Shown here: positions 9,424 to 16,913 of the stretch, piece after piece
Layout: the number at the start of each line of letters is the position of its first letter
Numbering within the stretch: the first letter of the stretch is position 1
IMG/VR virus record: IMGVR_UViG_3300021133_000015
Span: 1 to 36,311 of that record
Reading direction: 5' to 3' (one strand)
Source of the DNA: a virus
Lineage: Duplodnaviria > Caudoviricetes
Length of the DNA stretch: 36,311 bases
The notes under the pieces: generated by a model
Seen by the model: only the letters and a program-made list of their open reading frames with translations
The model's database searches: none
Told to the model about the DNA's origin: nothing
Made by a program: the position numbers and the translations under genes

Positions 9424-9653
9424 GCGATGTCTCCGGATACGAGATTAAGAGCCTCGTCGATCGTCAGCGCCACGGTGCAGCGGCCGCGGCCGTTTTGGAC
9501 GACGACGCGGTCTGTGGTCGCGCGGGCCGATGGGGCCCATTGCTGGATATAAACATATTTTTGCCTCTTGCTCTGGTCACGCAGCCGGGCGCGATATTCG
9601 CGCAGGTGCGGCTTATCGTAAGTCAGTTGCCAGGGGGCGGGCAGGTCGATCAT
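9420..9653 (-). CDS. Hypothetical early protein
   Basis: GGAG RBS within the repeated leader; ATGA overlap with the next gene. Confidence 0.65.
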   Translation of the reverse strand: MIDLPAPWQLTYDKPHLREYRARLRDQSKRQKYVYIQQWAPSARATTDRVVVQNGRGRCTVALTIDEALNLVSGDIA

Positions 9654-9679
9654 CGTTATTGTCTCCAGTCAGGTTAAGA

Positions 9680-9705
9680 CCGCCAGGGGTCTGATCCCCT
9701 GGCGG
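9680..9705 (-). terminator. GC-rich hairpin downstream of the clamp gene (terminator or processing/stability stem)
   Basis: CCGCCAGGGG-TCTGAT-CCCCTGGCGG, perfect 10-bp stem; only a weak U-tract (UCUU) on the minus strand. Confidence 0.55.
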
Positions 9706-9712
9706 GGTTACG

Positions 9713-10855
9713 TTAAATTCGCACCGGCATGATCACGCCGGTGATCGCGCCGTTCGGCACGGTGAACCGGACTGGATCGACGACGCACGTTTTTTTAGTC
9801 AACGGCTTGGGGTCCGATACGTGTAGCGTGATATCGTAACCGGACGAGACCAGTGCTAAGGCGTCACGCAGGTAACGCGCGTTGACGTGGAGACGCTGCG
9901 TCGGACCCCTGTAGTGTCGGCAGGGTATCGTTGCCCCGGCGTTATCACCGGATCGCACGGTCACCTCGCCGGGTGACAGAACGATTTCGACCACCTTGGC
10001 GCCGCCAGCCGCCGCTTGCGCGACCAGCGTCGCCAGGGCCGCCGCGTCGACCGCAATCGCGTGCGGCGTCTGATCGTCGGTCGGGGTCACCCGTTCGTAT
10101 GGCGCGTATTCTGCGTCGATCAGCTTAGTGTAAATCGCTGTGCCGCCCGTAAGCATCGCCGCCATCGTCGGCGTGACCGCGAACGTCACCGTGCTATCCT
10201 TCGCTTTGCGCGCGACCGCGTCCATCAGCTTGACGGCCAGCGCTGGCACAATGGCCTTGACGCCCTCGGCATACAGACCGCACGCGACCGACCGCACCAG
10301 CCGATGGCCGTCGGTGGCCACGGCACGCAGTTCTCCGGCCGTGTGGTGGAAATACGTGCCGTTGAGGTAACGCCGGGTTTCGTCAGTGCCCATGGCGTGT
10401 AAGCACGGGTGCAGCCAGCCCGCCGCCTCGGTGCCGCCCATATGCCATACCGTTTCGACGTCCGGCGCGGGCGTGAACGAATGAATCTGCGGCCAATCCG
10501 CGTGCGGATAGGCGTCGACGGTAATCGACGCGCCACCCACGACGGCGACCCGCGCGCGGTTATCGTCGAGGGGCTCGATCTGGATCATGGCGCCTTTGGG
10601 CGCGGCTTTAACGAAGTCGCGCAGCGGCCGGAACGGGATGCCGATCGGGTCTCGCAGATCGCCGGACGCGACCGGCACGCGCTGCTGCACGGTGACATCG
10701 CAGTCCGTGCCATATACGTCGACGGTTGTCCCGCTGGCGGATTCGCTGGCTAGCAGAACCGCGCCGAGGATCGACCCGCCGGAGAGGCGGGTGGGTATGA
10801 CCTTGCCAGCGAGGTCCAGGGCGGGGGCGATAACGTCTTTTGATATCGTGAGCAT
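9713..10855 (-). CDS. dnaN: DNA polymerase III beta subunit (sliding clamp) homologue
   Basis: 380 aa. GTDCD, AMGTDETRRYLNGTYF, LRAVATDGHRL, KLIDAEYAPYERV, VNARYLRDAL and C-terminal VIMPVRI all follow conserved DnaN motifs. Confidence 0.88.
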   Translation of the reverse strand: MLTISKDVIAPALDLAGKVIPTRLSGGSILGAVLLASESASGTTVDVYGTDCDVTVQQRVPVASGDLRDPIGIPFRPLRDFVKAAPKGAMIQIEPLDDNRARVAVVGGASITVDAYPHADWPQIHSFTPAPDVETVWHMGGTEAAGWLHPCLHAMGTDETRRYLNGTYFHHTAGELRAVATDGHRLVRSVACGLYAEGVKAIVPALAVKLMDAVARKAKDSTVTFAVTPTMAAMLTGGTAIYTKLIDAEYAPYERVTPTDDQTPHAIAVDAAALATLVAQAAAGGAKVVEIVLSPGEVTVRSGDNAGATIPCRHYRGPTQRLHVNARYLRDALALVSSGYDITLHVSDPKPLTKKTCVVDPVRFTVPNGAITGVIMPVRI

Positions 10856-10875
10856 CGTTGTCTCCAGTCAGGTTA

Positions 10876-11100
10876 TTATTCGGTCACGGCGGCGAGGGCG
10901 GCGGTCAGCGAACGGAACCGGCGCTTGCGGCCGAACCCTGGCGGGTGCAACCACCAGGGTGCGCCGACCATAGGATGAGTTATGATCGCACGCAAGTCCC
11001 CGCTATCAGTATGAACGGTGATTTCGCGCCAGCCATCCGCGCCGCGGGTTTCGCGAAGCCTGAAGGTCGCGGCCACGGGGGCGGCAGTGTCAGCGGTCAT
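10876..11100 (-). CDS. Hypothetical early protein
   Basis: 74-aa ORF tightly packed in the minus-strand operon. Confidence 0.6.
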   Translation of the reverse strand: MTADTAAPVAATFRLRETRGADGWREITVHTDSGDLRAIITHPMVGAPWWLHPPGFGRKRRFRSLTAALAAVTE

Positions 11101-11103
11101 ATC

Positions 11104-11313
11104 TCAGGCCTCCAGTATCGCGCGGCAGAGGGCCGAGCGTTCGATGTTGTCCAGGGCGGTTATAAACGCGTCGCGCCATTCCTGGGCGTGCTCGCCCGTG
11201 AGATATATTCCCGACTGCTTGCGAACGCGGGTGACACATAGCCCGCCATGCGGGCCGTCGATCCACGCCACGTGGTAGTGTGGGCCATCGTATAATACGG
11301 TGGTCAGGCTCAT
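11104..11313 (-). CDS. Hypothetical early protein
   Basis: 69-aa ORF with GGAGG upstream, tightly packed. Confidence 0.65.
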   Translation of the reverse strand: MSLTTVLYDGPHYHVAWIDGPHGGLCVTRVRKQSGIYLTGEHAQEWRDAFITALDNIERSALCRAILEA

Positions 11314-11316
11314 GGC

Positions 11317-11505
11317 TCAGGCCTCCACGGTGGCGAATATATAACCGCCGACAGTGTTGCCGTTGCGGTCGCGCAGGGCGGTGGGGTCGGTCTGCCCCTC
11401 CGCGATGAGGCCGGCGGCTTGGCGCAGGACGCGCGCAAGCTCGGTCGCCGGGGCGTCATCGAAGGCGGCGCTGTCCATCAGGACGTGCAGTCGAAATATG
11501 GTCAC
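11317..11505 (-). CDS. Small phage hypothetical protein
   Basis: GGAGACAACC-GTG start at 11505. Sequence DSAAFDD...ELARVLR...LRDRNGNTVG. Confidence 0.65.
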   Translation of the reverse strand: MTIFRLHVLMDSAAFDDAPATELARVLRQAAGLIAEGQTDPTALRDRNGNTVGGYIFATVEA

Positions 11506-11531
11506 GGTTGTCTCCACAGGATCGGGGGTTA

Positions 11532-11927
11532 TCAGGCAGCGGTCGTATATTGCGCGCGGAACACCGCCACGGCGGCGGCGTCCTGTTCGGCGGTGAGCAC
11601 CAGCGTCATGCCGCGCCCCTCACTGGCGAAATGGTCGCGCGCCGCCACGTGGGCGACGAACCAGCCGGACGCCCCGCGTTCGAGCGTGACGCTGGTGCGG
11701 GTCACGCGGAATTTATACGCGTTGGGCAGCCGGTCGCCCGATCGGGCGGTAACGCGCGCGCCTTTGCGCTTGGCCTTGGCCACGCCGAGGTCGGTTAGGC
11801 GCGCCTCGGCGCGGTCGGCCAGGGCGGCGAGCTGCGCCGCGCTGGTATACGTATGGGTGTGCGCGCGGCCGTTCGCGGCGGCCAGGGCCGCATCGATGGC
11901 GGCGGTGTCGGTTATTTTGATTCGCAT
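11532..11927 (-). CDS. Hypothetical early protein (first gene of the minus-strand operon)
   Basis: GGAGATAAAACG-ATG start at 11927 (MRIKITDTAAIDAALAAANGRA...). Confidence 0.7.
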   Translation of the reverse strand: MRIKITDTAAIDAALAAANGRAHTHTYTSAAQLAALADRAEARLTDLGVAKAKRKGARVTARSGDRLPNAYKFRVTRTSVTLERGASGWFVAHVAARDHFASEGRGMTLVLTAEQDAAAVAVFRAQYTTAA

Positions 11928-12111
11928 CGTTTTATCTCCATCGGTTAATTCCGATAGCAGGAATAAAACAGGATTACGCCTAACACGTCTAGCCATAATT
12001 TATCGTTAATCGCATAAAGATATATAATTATCGATAATCGATGCTTTGCGTAATTATATTCTGGGCCATGGGGATATGGCGCAATTTATGGCCGCGGCGG
12101 GTATTATATCG

Positions 12112-12179
12112 GCGTTATATCCCGGTTACGAGCGTTATATCCCGGTTATGAGCGTTATATCCCGGTTATGAGCGTTATA
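12112..12179 (+). repeat. 20-bp tandem repeat x3.4
   Basis: GCGTTATATCCCGGTTAYGA at 12112, 12132 and 12152, plus a partial copy at 12172. Confidence 0.95.
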
Positions 12180-12180
12180 C

Positions 12181-12530
12181 AGGCACAATCCGCCACGATC
12201 CGCCACGATCACGCCACGATATCGCGGAGCGAGTAACAGCCTGTAAACCGTTGATTTACCTAGATTTATTTGTTTCGGCCGCGATCCGGCACGATCGCCA
12301 CGATCAGCGCTCTATTCCCCCCCGGTACTCTCCCTATATATCTATATTTATAATTATATATTATATATCATACACCTATCTATTCTGTCAGATATACCTT
12401 TCATCAATGATATTGAAACGTTAACGAATAAATATAGAGAAAACAATGGGTTACAGGCCGTGACCGGCGTCTCGATATCGTGGATGTATCGTGGCGTATC
12501 GAAGCGGCAACGATAAGTTATTGAAATTAC
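12181..12530. other. Putative replication origin: convergent iterons, AT-rich core and IHF-like sites
   Basis: GCCACGAT(C)-like repeats at 12191-12221 and 12281-12305, with inverted ATCGTGG copies at 12477-12495. AT-rich TATA tract about 12336-12440. IHF-consensus matches at 12244-12256 (exact), 12441-12453 and 12514-12526 (one mismatch each). Confidence 0.6.
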
Positions 12531-12557
12531 ACGGATTTACGTCGATTCGCCGCTAGG

Positions 12558-13058
12558 TCACGTCGGTTTGTGGCGATTCCGGCCGGATTCTCGGGGTTTG
12601 GAGCGCCACGCGTCCTGTTCAGTGAGGCGCGATACTCTGAACCACGGCGCGGCGCGATACGCTGATTCGCGGTCGTCAGCGTATGCGGCCCAGGCGGCCG
12701 CTAGATCGGCCGCCCGCGTGGCGTGGCTCCGTAATAGCGCGGCTATTCGACGCGCAGCTGTGACCGAGATGCCAGGACCGCCTTTGTAAGCCCATCGCTC
12801 CACGGTAGTCTGATCAAACCCTAAGGCGCTTGCAGCGGCGGGATATTGGCCCCGATACTGGCGGAATTTATGTGGCCACAGCAACGCCAGGGTGGCACGC
12901 CACAACGCGATATCGCGCGCGGGATTAGCAGACCGATTCGGCGGGATGTCGAGGCTAGGCGTGGCAACGTCCGTCCGGCCCGTATCGGACCGTATCCTCC
13001 CATCCCCCTCGTCACCTATAATATCCCGCGTCATATTATATATCTCCGCCGCACGCAT
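12558..13058 (-). CDS. Possible helix-turn-helix protein (start uncertain)
   Basis: AAASALGFDQTTVERWAYKGGPGIS resembles an HTH. The 5' part overlaps AT-rich, probably regulatory DNA. Confidence 0.45.
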   Translation of the reverse strand: MRAAEIYNMTRDIIGDEGDGRIRSDTGRTDVATPSLDIPPNRSANPARDIALWRATLALLWPHKFRQYRGQYPAAASALGFDQTTVERWAYKGGPGISVTAARRIAALLRSHATRAADLAAAWAAYADDRESAYRAAPWFRVSRLTEQDAWRSKPRESGRNRHKPT

Positions 13059-13116
13059 AATTTATAGATCGGCGCGATATATTATAGCGTCGCGTCGCGT
13101 CGCGTTAATTATAGCA

Positions 13117-13304
13117 GCGACCGCGACCAGCGACCGCGACCAGCGACCAGCGACCAGCGACCAGCGACCGCGACCCGCAACGACCAGCAGCGACCAGCAA
13201 CGACCAGCAGCGACCAGCAGCGACCAGCAGCGACCGGCGACCGGCGACCGGCGACCGGCGACCGGCGACCGGCGACCAGCGACCAGCGACCAGCGACCGG
13301 TCGC
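13117..13304 (+). repeat. Array of 24 CGACC-core units (6/7/10-bp periods) ending in a palindrome
   Basis: GCGACC(A/G) and RCGACCAGCA units; the last unit forms GCGACCGGTCGC (13293-13304). Confidence 0.95.
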
Positions 13305-13557
13305 ACGCACGCACGCGCGCGCGCGTCGGGACGCGCGAGGGGGGAATTCGGGTGCACCCACCCCATCGCCCCCCATAAAAATTTACGTTTTTTATGCGTC
13401 CGCAGCTCAAGACTTCGCCGGTTATGGCCCGACCCAACCGTCACTCAGCGCGCCAACCGTCACTCACCGTCCGCCATCGTCACAAAACCCCTTGCCATGT
13501 GACCTGTAATTCCATAACTATGGGACATGCCGATCCAGGGGCTATGGGATAGGGGAC

Positions 13558-13779
13558 ATGCCGATCCAGCACCGTAAAGTCTTCAGCAGTCACATCGACC
13601 GCGTCGGCTATGACGCAGCGTCCGGCGAATTACATGTAACCTATAATTCAGGGCGTGTGGCTATTTACCAAGGCGTCCCGCCAGGTGTGGCCTCTCAGGT
13701 TACCGGCGCTGTGTCCATAGGCAGCGCCATGCACGAGCATATCCGTGGCCGCTATAACCACCGTTATGCGGAGGAGTAA
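13558..13779 (+). CDS. KTSC domain protein
   Basis: VFSSHIDRVGYDAASGELHVTYNSGRVAIYQGVP...AVSIGSAMHEHIRGRY follows the KTSC signature. Confidence 0.88.
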   Translation: MPIQHRKVFSSHIDRVGYDAASGELHVTYNSGRVAIYQGVPPGVASQVTGAVSIGSAMHEHIRGRYNHRYAEE

Positions 13780-13782
13780 GAT

Positions 13783-14016
13783 ATGACGGATGCCCCCACC
13801 GCCGCCGCAGCGTTTCGCGCCATGGCGGACGCCATCGAAAAAAGTCCCGAGTTATTCGCGGGTGCGTTTGTTATCGTCCCGCCCGGCGAGCAAGACCCGG
13901 TCGATGGGTTGAGCCTGACCGCCCGTCCCAACGCCGCTGTGTTCTGGTCGTCCGTCGAAGGCCAGATAACCCTGGCCGTCGAGACGCTACGGGCCGCAAC
14001 GCAGAGGTATCGATGA
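13783..14016 (+). CDS. Hypothetical protein
   Basis: GGAGGAG RBS; ATGA coupling to the next gene. Confidence 0.65.
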   Translation: MTDAPTAAAAFRAMADAIEKSPELFAGAFVIVPPGEQDPVDGLSLTARPNAAVFWSSVEGQITLAVETLRAATQRYR

Positions 14017-14231
14017 CCGCTGACGGCGACCCGCCCGGCGCTGAGCCCTGCCGGTTCTGCGAGGGCCACGGTTACGTCCCCCATGTGGAGACGGAAGCCC
14101 AGCGCGAGCAAGCTATCCGTTTGGCCCAGGCGTCGAACGACTGGCTGCTCTCGACCCTGTTGCGCCTCGCGACGACCGGTGCGCGTATGCTGACTTGCTC
14201 TGTGTGTGACGGCGAAGGGTCTGCTCGATGA
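14013..14231 (+). CDS. Small zinc-finger protein (two CxxCxGxG motifs)
   Basis: CRFCEGHG and CSVCDGEG; coupled to both neighbours by ATGA overlaps. Confidence 0.65.
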   Translation: MTADGDPPGAEPCRFCEGHGYVPHVETEAQREQAIRLAQASNDWLLSTLLRLATTGARMLTCSVCDGEGSAR

Positions 14232-16189
14232 CGGCTGTCCACAGCGGCCCGGCCGTCCACACCACCGATTACCTAGCCGAGACCGGTGAAGTCTGGTCCG
14301 CGGATAAGGCCAAGGCGTATAAGGACGTCTTCTTGGAGTTCCTTAATTACTGCGTCATACCGTCGAAGGAACGCGGCGTAATTACGCTTGGTGGGCAATT
14401 ATACCCCGCCCAGGAACGCGGGTTGGACGCCATATTTAGCGGGCTGTGCCGAGGAATACACGATTTCAAATGGGGCAAAGGGCGTCAGCAGGGCATCAGC
14501 ACGATCTGCCGGCCGTTTAGCACCATGTGGATCGCCATGCACCCTGGCTCACGCGGCGCGTTCCTGCTCGATACGGCGCAGCATATGGCCGAGGCGCGCA
14601 CCGAGATCGAGTTTACCCTGGCGAACTTGCCCGCAAAACTGAAATTTCCGTCGTTCACGTCCAACCGGTATGGCGGGCGGTTTGCGAATGGATCCACCGT
14701 GACGTTCTTATCGGCCGGCGTGAAGCAGACGGCCGGAGGCGGGGCTCTTGGTCGCGGCCAGGGCATAACCATGACGCACGCGTCGGAAGCCGGCACCTAT
14801 AACAACCCGGAAGGCATATCGTCGTTCCGTAAATCCCTTGCTGTGGAAAACCCGGATCGGCTGTTCCTGTGGGAGTCGACGGGTCGTAACGTCGGGTCTG
14901 ACTGGCATCAGATGTGGACGAAGGCCAAGGCCAACGACCTTGAAGAAGCGACGATCTTCACCGGTTGGTATCTTGTGCCCACCCACCGGATCCGTAAAGG
15001 GACGCCCCAGTTCGAGCGGTTCGGTTCGCCGGAGATAACCCGCGACGAGCAGCGGCGGATCCAGGAAGTTAAAGACCGGTATGGGTGGGAAATCACGCGC
15101 GAGCAGCTCGCGTGGTATCGGAAGGAGACGAACCCCTTTGCTTATGCCGGCGAAGAGGAAGAGGTTGAAGAAAACGAAATTGCCTACGACGAATACCAGT
15201 CGCGTGAGCACCCCTGGGTCGAAGAGGAGATGTTCACAACCGACGGGTCGAACTTCTTCTCGTCGGAACGCCTGACCGACGTCAATAAAACGACGGTCAG
15301 CGACGAATATAAATCCTGGACGTATTACTGCGGCGCTCAGTTCCTTGATATGAGCATAGAGCCGGCCCGCACCCGCCGGGATACGATGCTTAAAGTCTGG
15401 GAAGAGCCAAAGGTCGAGGGCGTGTATGTCGTCGCGGCGGACCCGGCGTTTGGCGCCAACGAACACAACGACCGGTCGTGTGTCCAGGTCATGCGGTGCT
15501 ACGCGGATAAACTGGAGCAGGTAGCCGAGTTCGCCAGCCCGACTGTCCAGCCGCACCAGTTCGCCTGGGTTATTGCCTCGTTGATGGGGTGGTATCAGAA
15601 CACGCGGCTGATCCTGGAGATCAACGGACCGGGCAGCGCGGTGTTGCATGAATACAGCAGTCTGAAAAAATCCATTACCACCGGATACATGGCAAAACAG
15701 GCCGAAGAACAGGGTCTGCGGAATTTTTTCGCGAACTGCAAAGCCTACCTGTATTCGCGGCCCGACGCGCTCGTGCCGGGTCAAGGTTCCATAATGTGGA
15801 AAACGACGGGTCCGAATAAAGTCGGGCTCATGGAACGACTGCGCGATTTTTTGACGAACGGGGGTTTGATCGTCCGGTCGCGCGATGCGATCGAAGAAAT
15901 GCGGTCGATCACCCGAGACGGTGACAGTATCAAGGCCGAAGGCAGCGACCACGACGATCGGGTCTTGGCGCTGGCGTTTGCCATCCTGTGTTGGGAGCAG
16001 CACGAGCGGCGGAAGCTGATTAACGCAAACCGCACGTATAAGATCGAGCGCGCCAGGGCGTCGATGACGTTGGGCGACCAATACCAGTTGCTGTCGAAGC
16101 ATCAGTTGAACCGGTATTTTAAGAGCAAAGAGGCCGGCCGCCGTGCTATGGAGCTTGAAGCCAAGCGCATTGCGTGGAGAGGTAGATGA
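14228..16189 (+). CDS. terL: Terminase large subunit
   Basis: KGRQQGIST (Walker A), HASEAG (Walker B), WESTG (coupling motif), AADPAFG, LEINGPG, HDDRVLALA (RNase H-like nuclease). Confidence 0.92.
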   Translation: MTAVHSGPAVHTTDYLAETGEVWSADKAKAYKDVFLEFLNYCVIPSKERGVITLGGQLYPAQERGLDAIFSGLCRGIHDFKWGKGRQQGISTICRPFSTMWIAMHPGSRGAFLLDTAQHMAEARTEIEFTLANLPAKLKFPSFTSNRYGGRFANGSTVTFLSAGVKQTAGGGALGRGQGITMTHASEAGTYNNPEGISSFRKSLAVENPDRLFLWESTGRNVGSDWHQMWTKAKANDLEEATIFTGWYLVPTHRIRKGTPQFERFGSPEITRDEQRRIQEVKDRYGWEITREQLAWYRKETNPFAYAGEEEEVEENEIAYDEYQSREHPWVEEEMFTTDGSNFFSSERLTDVNKTTVSDEYKSWTYYCGAQFLDMSIEPARTRRDTMLKVWEEPKVEGVYVVAADPAFGANEHNDRSCVQVMRCYADKLEQVAEFASPTVQPHQFAWVIASLMGWYQNTRLILEINGPGSAVLHEYSSLKKSITTGYMAKQAEEQGLRNFFANCKAYLYSRPDALVPGQGSIMWKTTGPNKVGLMERLRDFLTNGGLIVRSRDAIEEMRSITRDGDSIKAEGSDHDDRVLALAFAILCWEQHERRKLINANRTYKIERARASMTLGDQYQLLSKHQLNRYFKSKEAGRRAMELEAKRIAWRGR

Positions 16190-16353
16190 CGGAATGCGCG
16201 TTATTGTGTATACCTGGCCTAGCAGAACGGATCGTCCGTCTGCTTAACGAGGAGGCCGACCGTGAAAGGTTGCAGCACGCGCAAGTCCCGCAAGAGCGGA
16301 CGCTAACCATCCGCCGCGCGCCCGTGACGATCGGTTACGGGCGCCGGCCCTAA
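16186..16353 (+). CDS. Small hypothetical protein (55 aa)
   Basis: Below the ORF-track cutoff. MTECALLCIPGLAERIVRLLNEEAD...GYGRRP; GGAGAGG upstream; ATGA overlap with terL; fills the gap before the next gene. Confidence 0.5.
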   Translation: MTECALLCIPGLAERIVRLLNEEADRERLQHAQVPQERTLTIRRAPVTIGYGRRP

Positions 16354-16371
16354 TCCTGTGGACTCGATAAC

Positions 16372-16899
16372 ATGCCCGTAATGCGTAATTACCAGTGCTT
16401 CGATTGCGAAGGTGTATTCACGCATTTACACATGCGGATGGATGAGCCTCCGCCGGCGTTCTGTTCGTTATGTGGCGCAAGCACGTCCGGCGTCGAGCCG
16501 CAGTTATCGGCACCACACATCGCGAAGTCGATCGGCAAGGTGGCGGACAACGTCTACCGGCAGATGGAAACCGCCTCCGAGGTCCGCGCCGAAATGGCCG
16601 CTGAAGCCCTGGGCGAAAGCGCGTCGGATATGACGGCGATGAAAATTACGGACATGCGCGATAATACCCGCGCCGGCGAAATTAGCGCCCCGCCCGTTTA
16701 CAACCCTGTGTCCGCCGCGCTCGACCAGCGCCGTTCCGTCACGCCCGTTGGGCTGCAAGACGCCCGCGCGGCGTCGCAGTTTGCCGCGGATACGCGGAAA
16801 GGCGCGTATGCGGGGGCCGGCGTGAGGGCGCTCGACAACGTGCGGGCAAACCATAACCGCGAAGTCCCGCGTGTCATTGCCGCCGGAAGGGCGGGCTGA
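16372..16899 (+). CDS. FmdB-like zinc-ribbon protein
   Basis: MPVMRNYQCFDCEGVF...AFCSLCG at the N-terminus. Confidence 0.7.
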   Translation: MPVMRNYQCFDCEGVFTHLHMRMDEPPPAFCSLCGASTSGVEPQLSAPHIAKSIGKVADNVYRQMETASEVRAEMAAEALGESASDMTAMKITDMRDNTRAGEISAPPVYNPVSAALDQRRSVTPVGLQDARAASQFAADTRKGAYAGAGVRALDNVRANHNREVPRVIAAGRAG

Positions 16900-16913
16900 A
16901 AGCAACAAACGCC

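Larger units (their letters stand above)
9659..10875 (-). repeat. Pair of identical 18-bp direct repeats flanking the beta-clamp gene
   Basis: TTGTCTCCAGTCAGGTTA at 9659-9676 and 10858-10875 (minus strand TAACCTGACTGGAGACAA, which includes the RBS). Confidence 0.9.

Noticed and set aside
12112-12179. 20-bp repeats as a mini CRISPR array, given the Cas4-like gene
   Set aside because: The units are directly adjacent with no spacers, and DUF2800 nucleases are common phage replication genes.
12892-13509. Long ORFs on both strands across the CGACC array
   Set aside because: They stay open only because the repeat lacks stop codons; the translations are repetitive and have no RBS.
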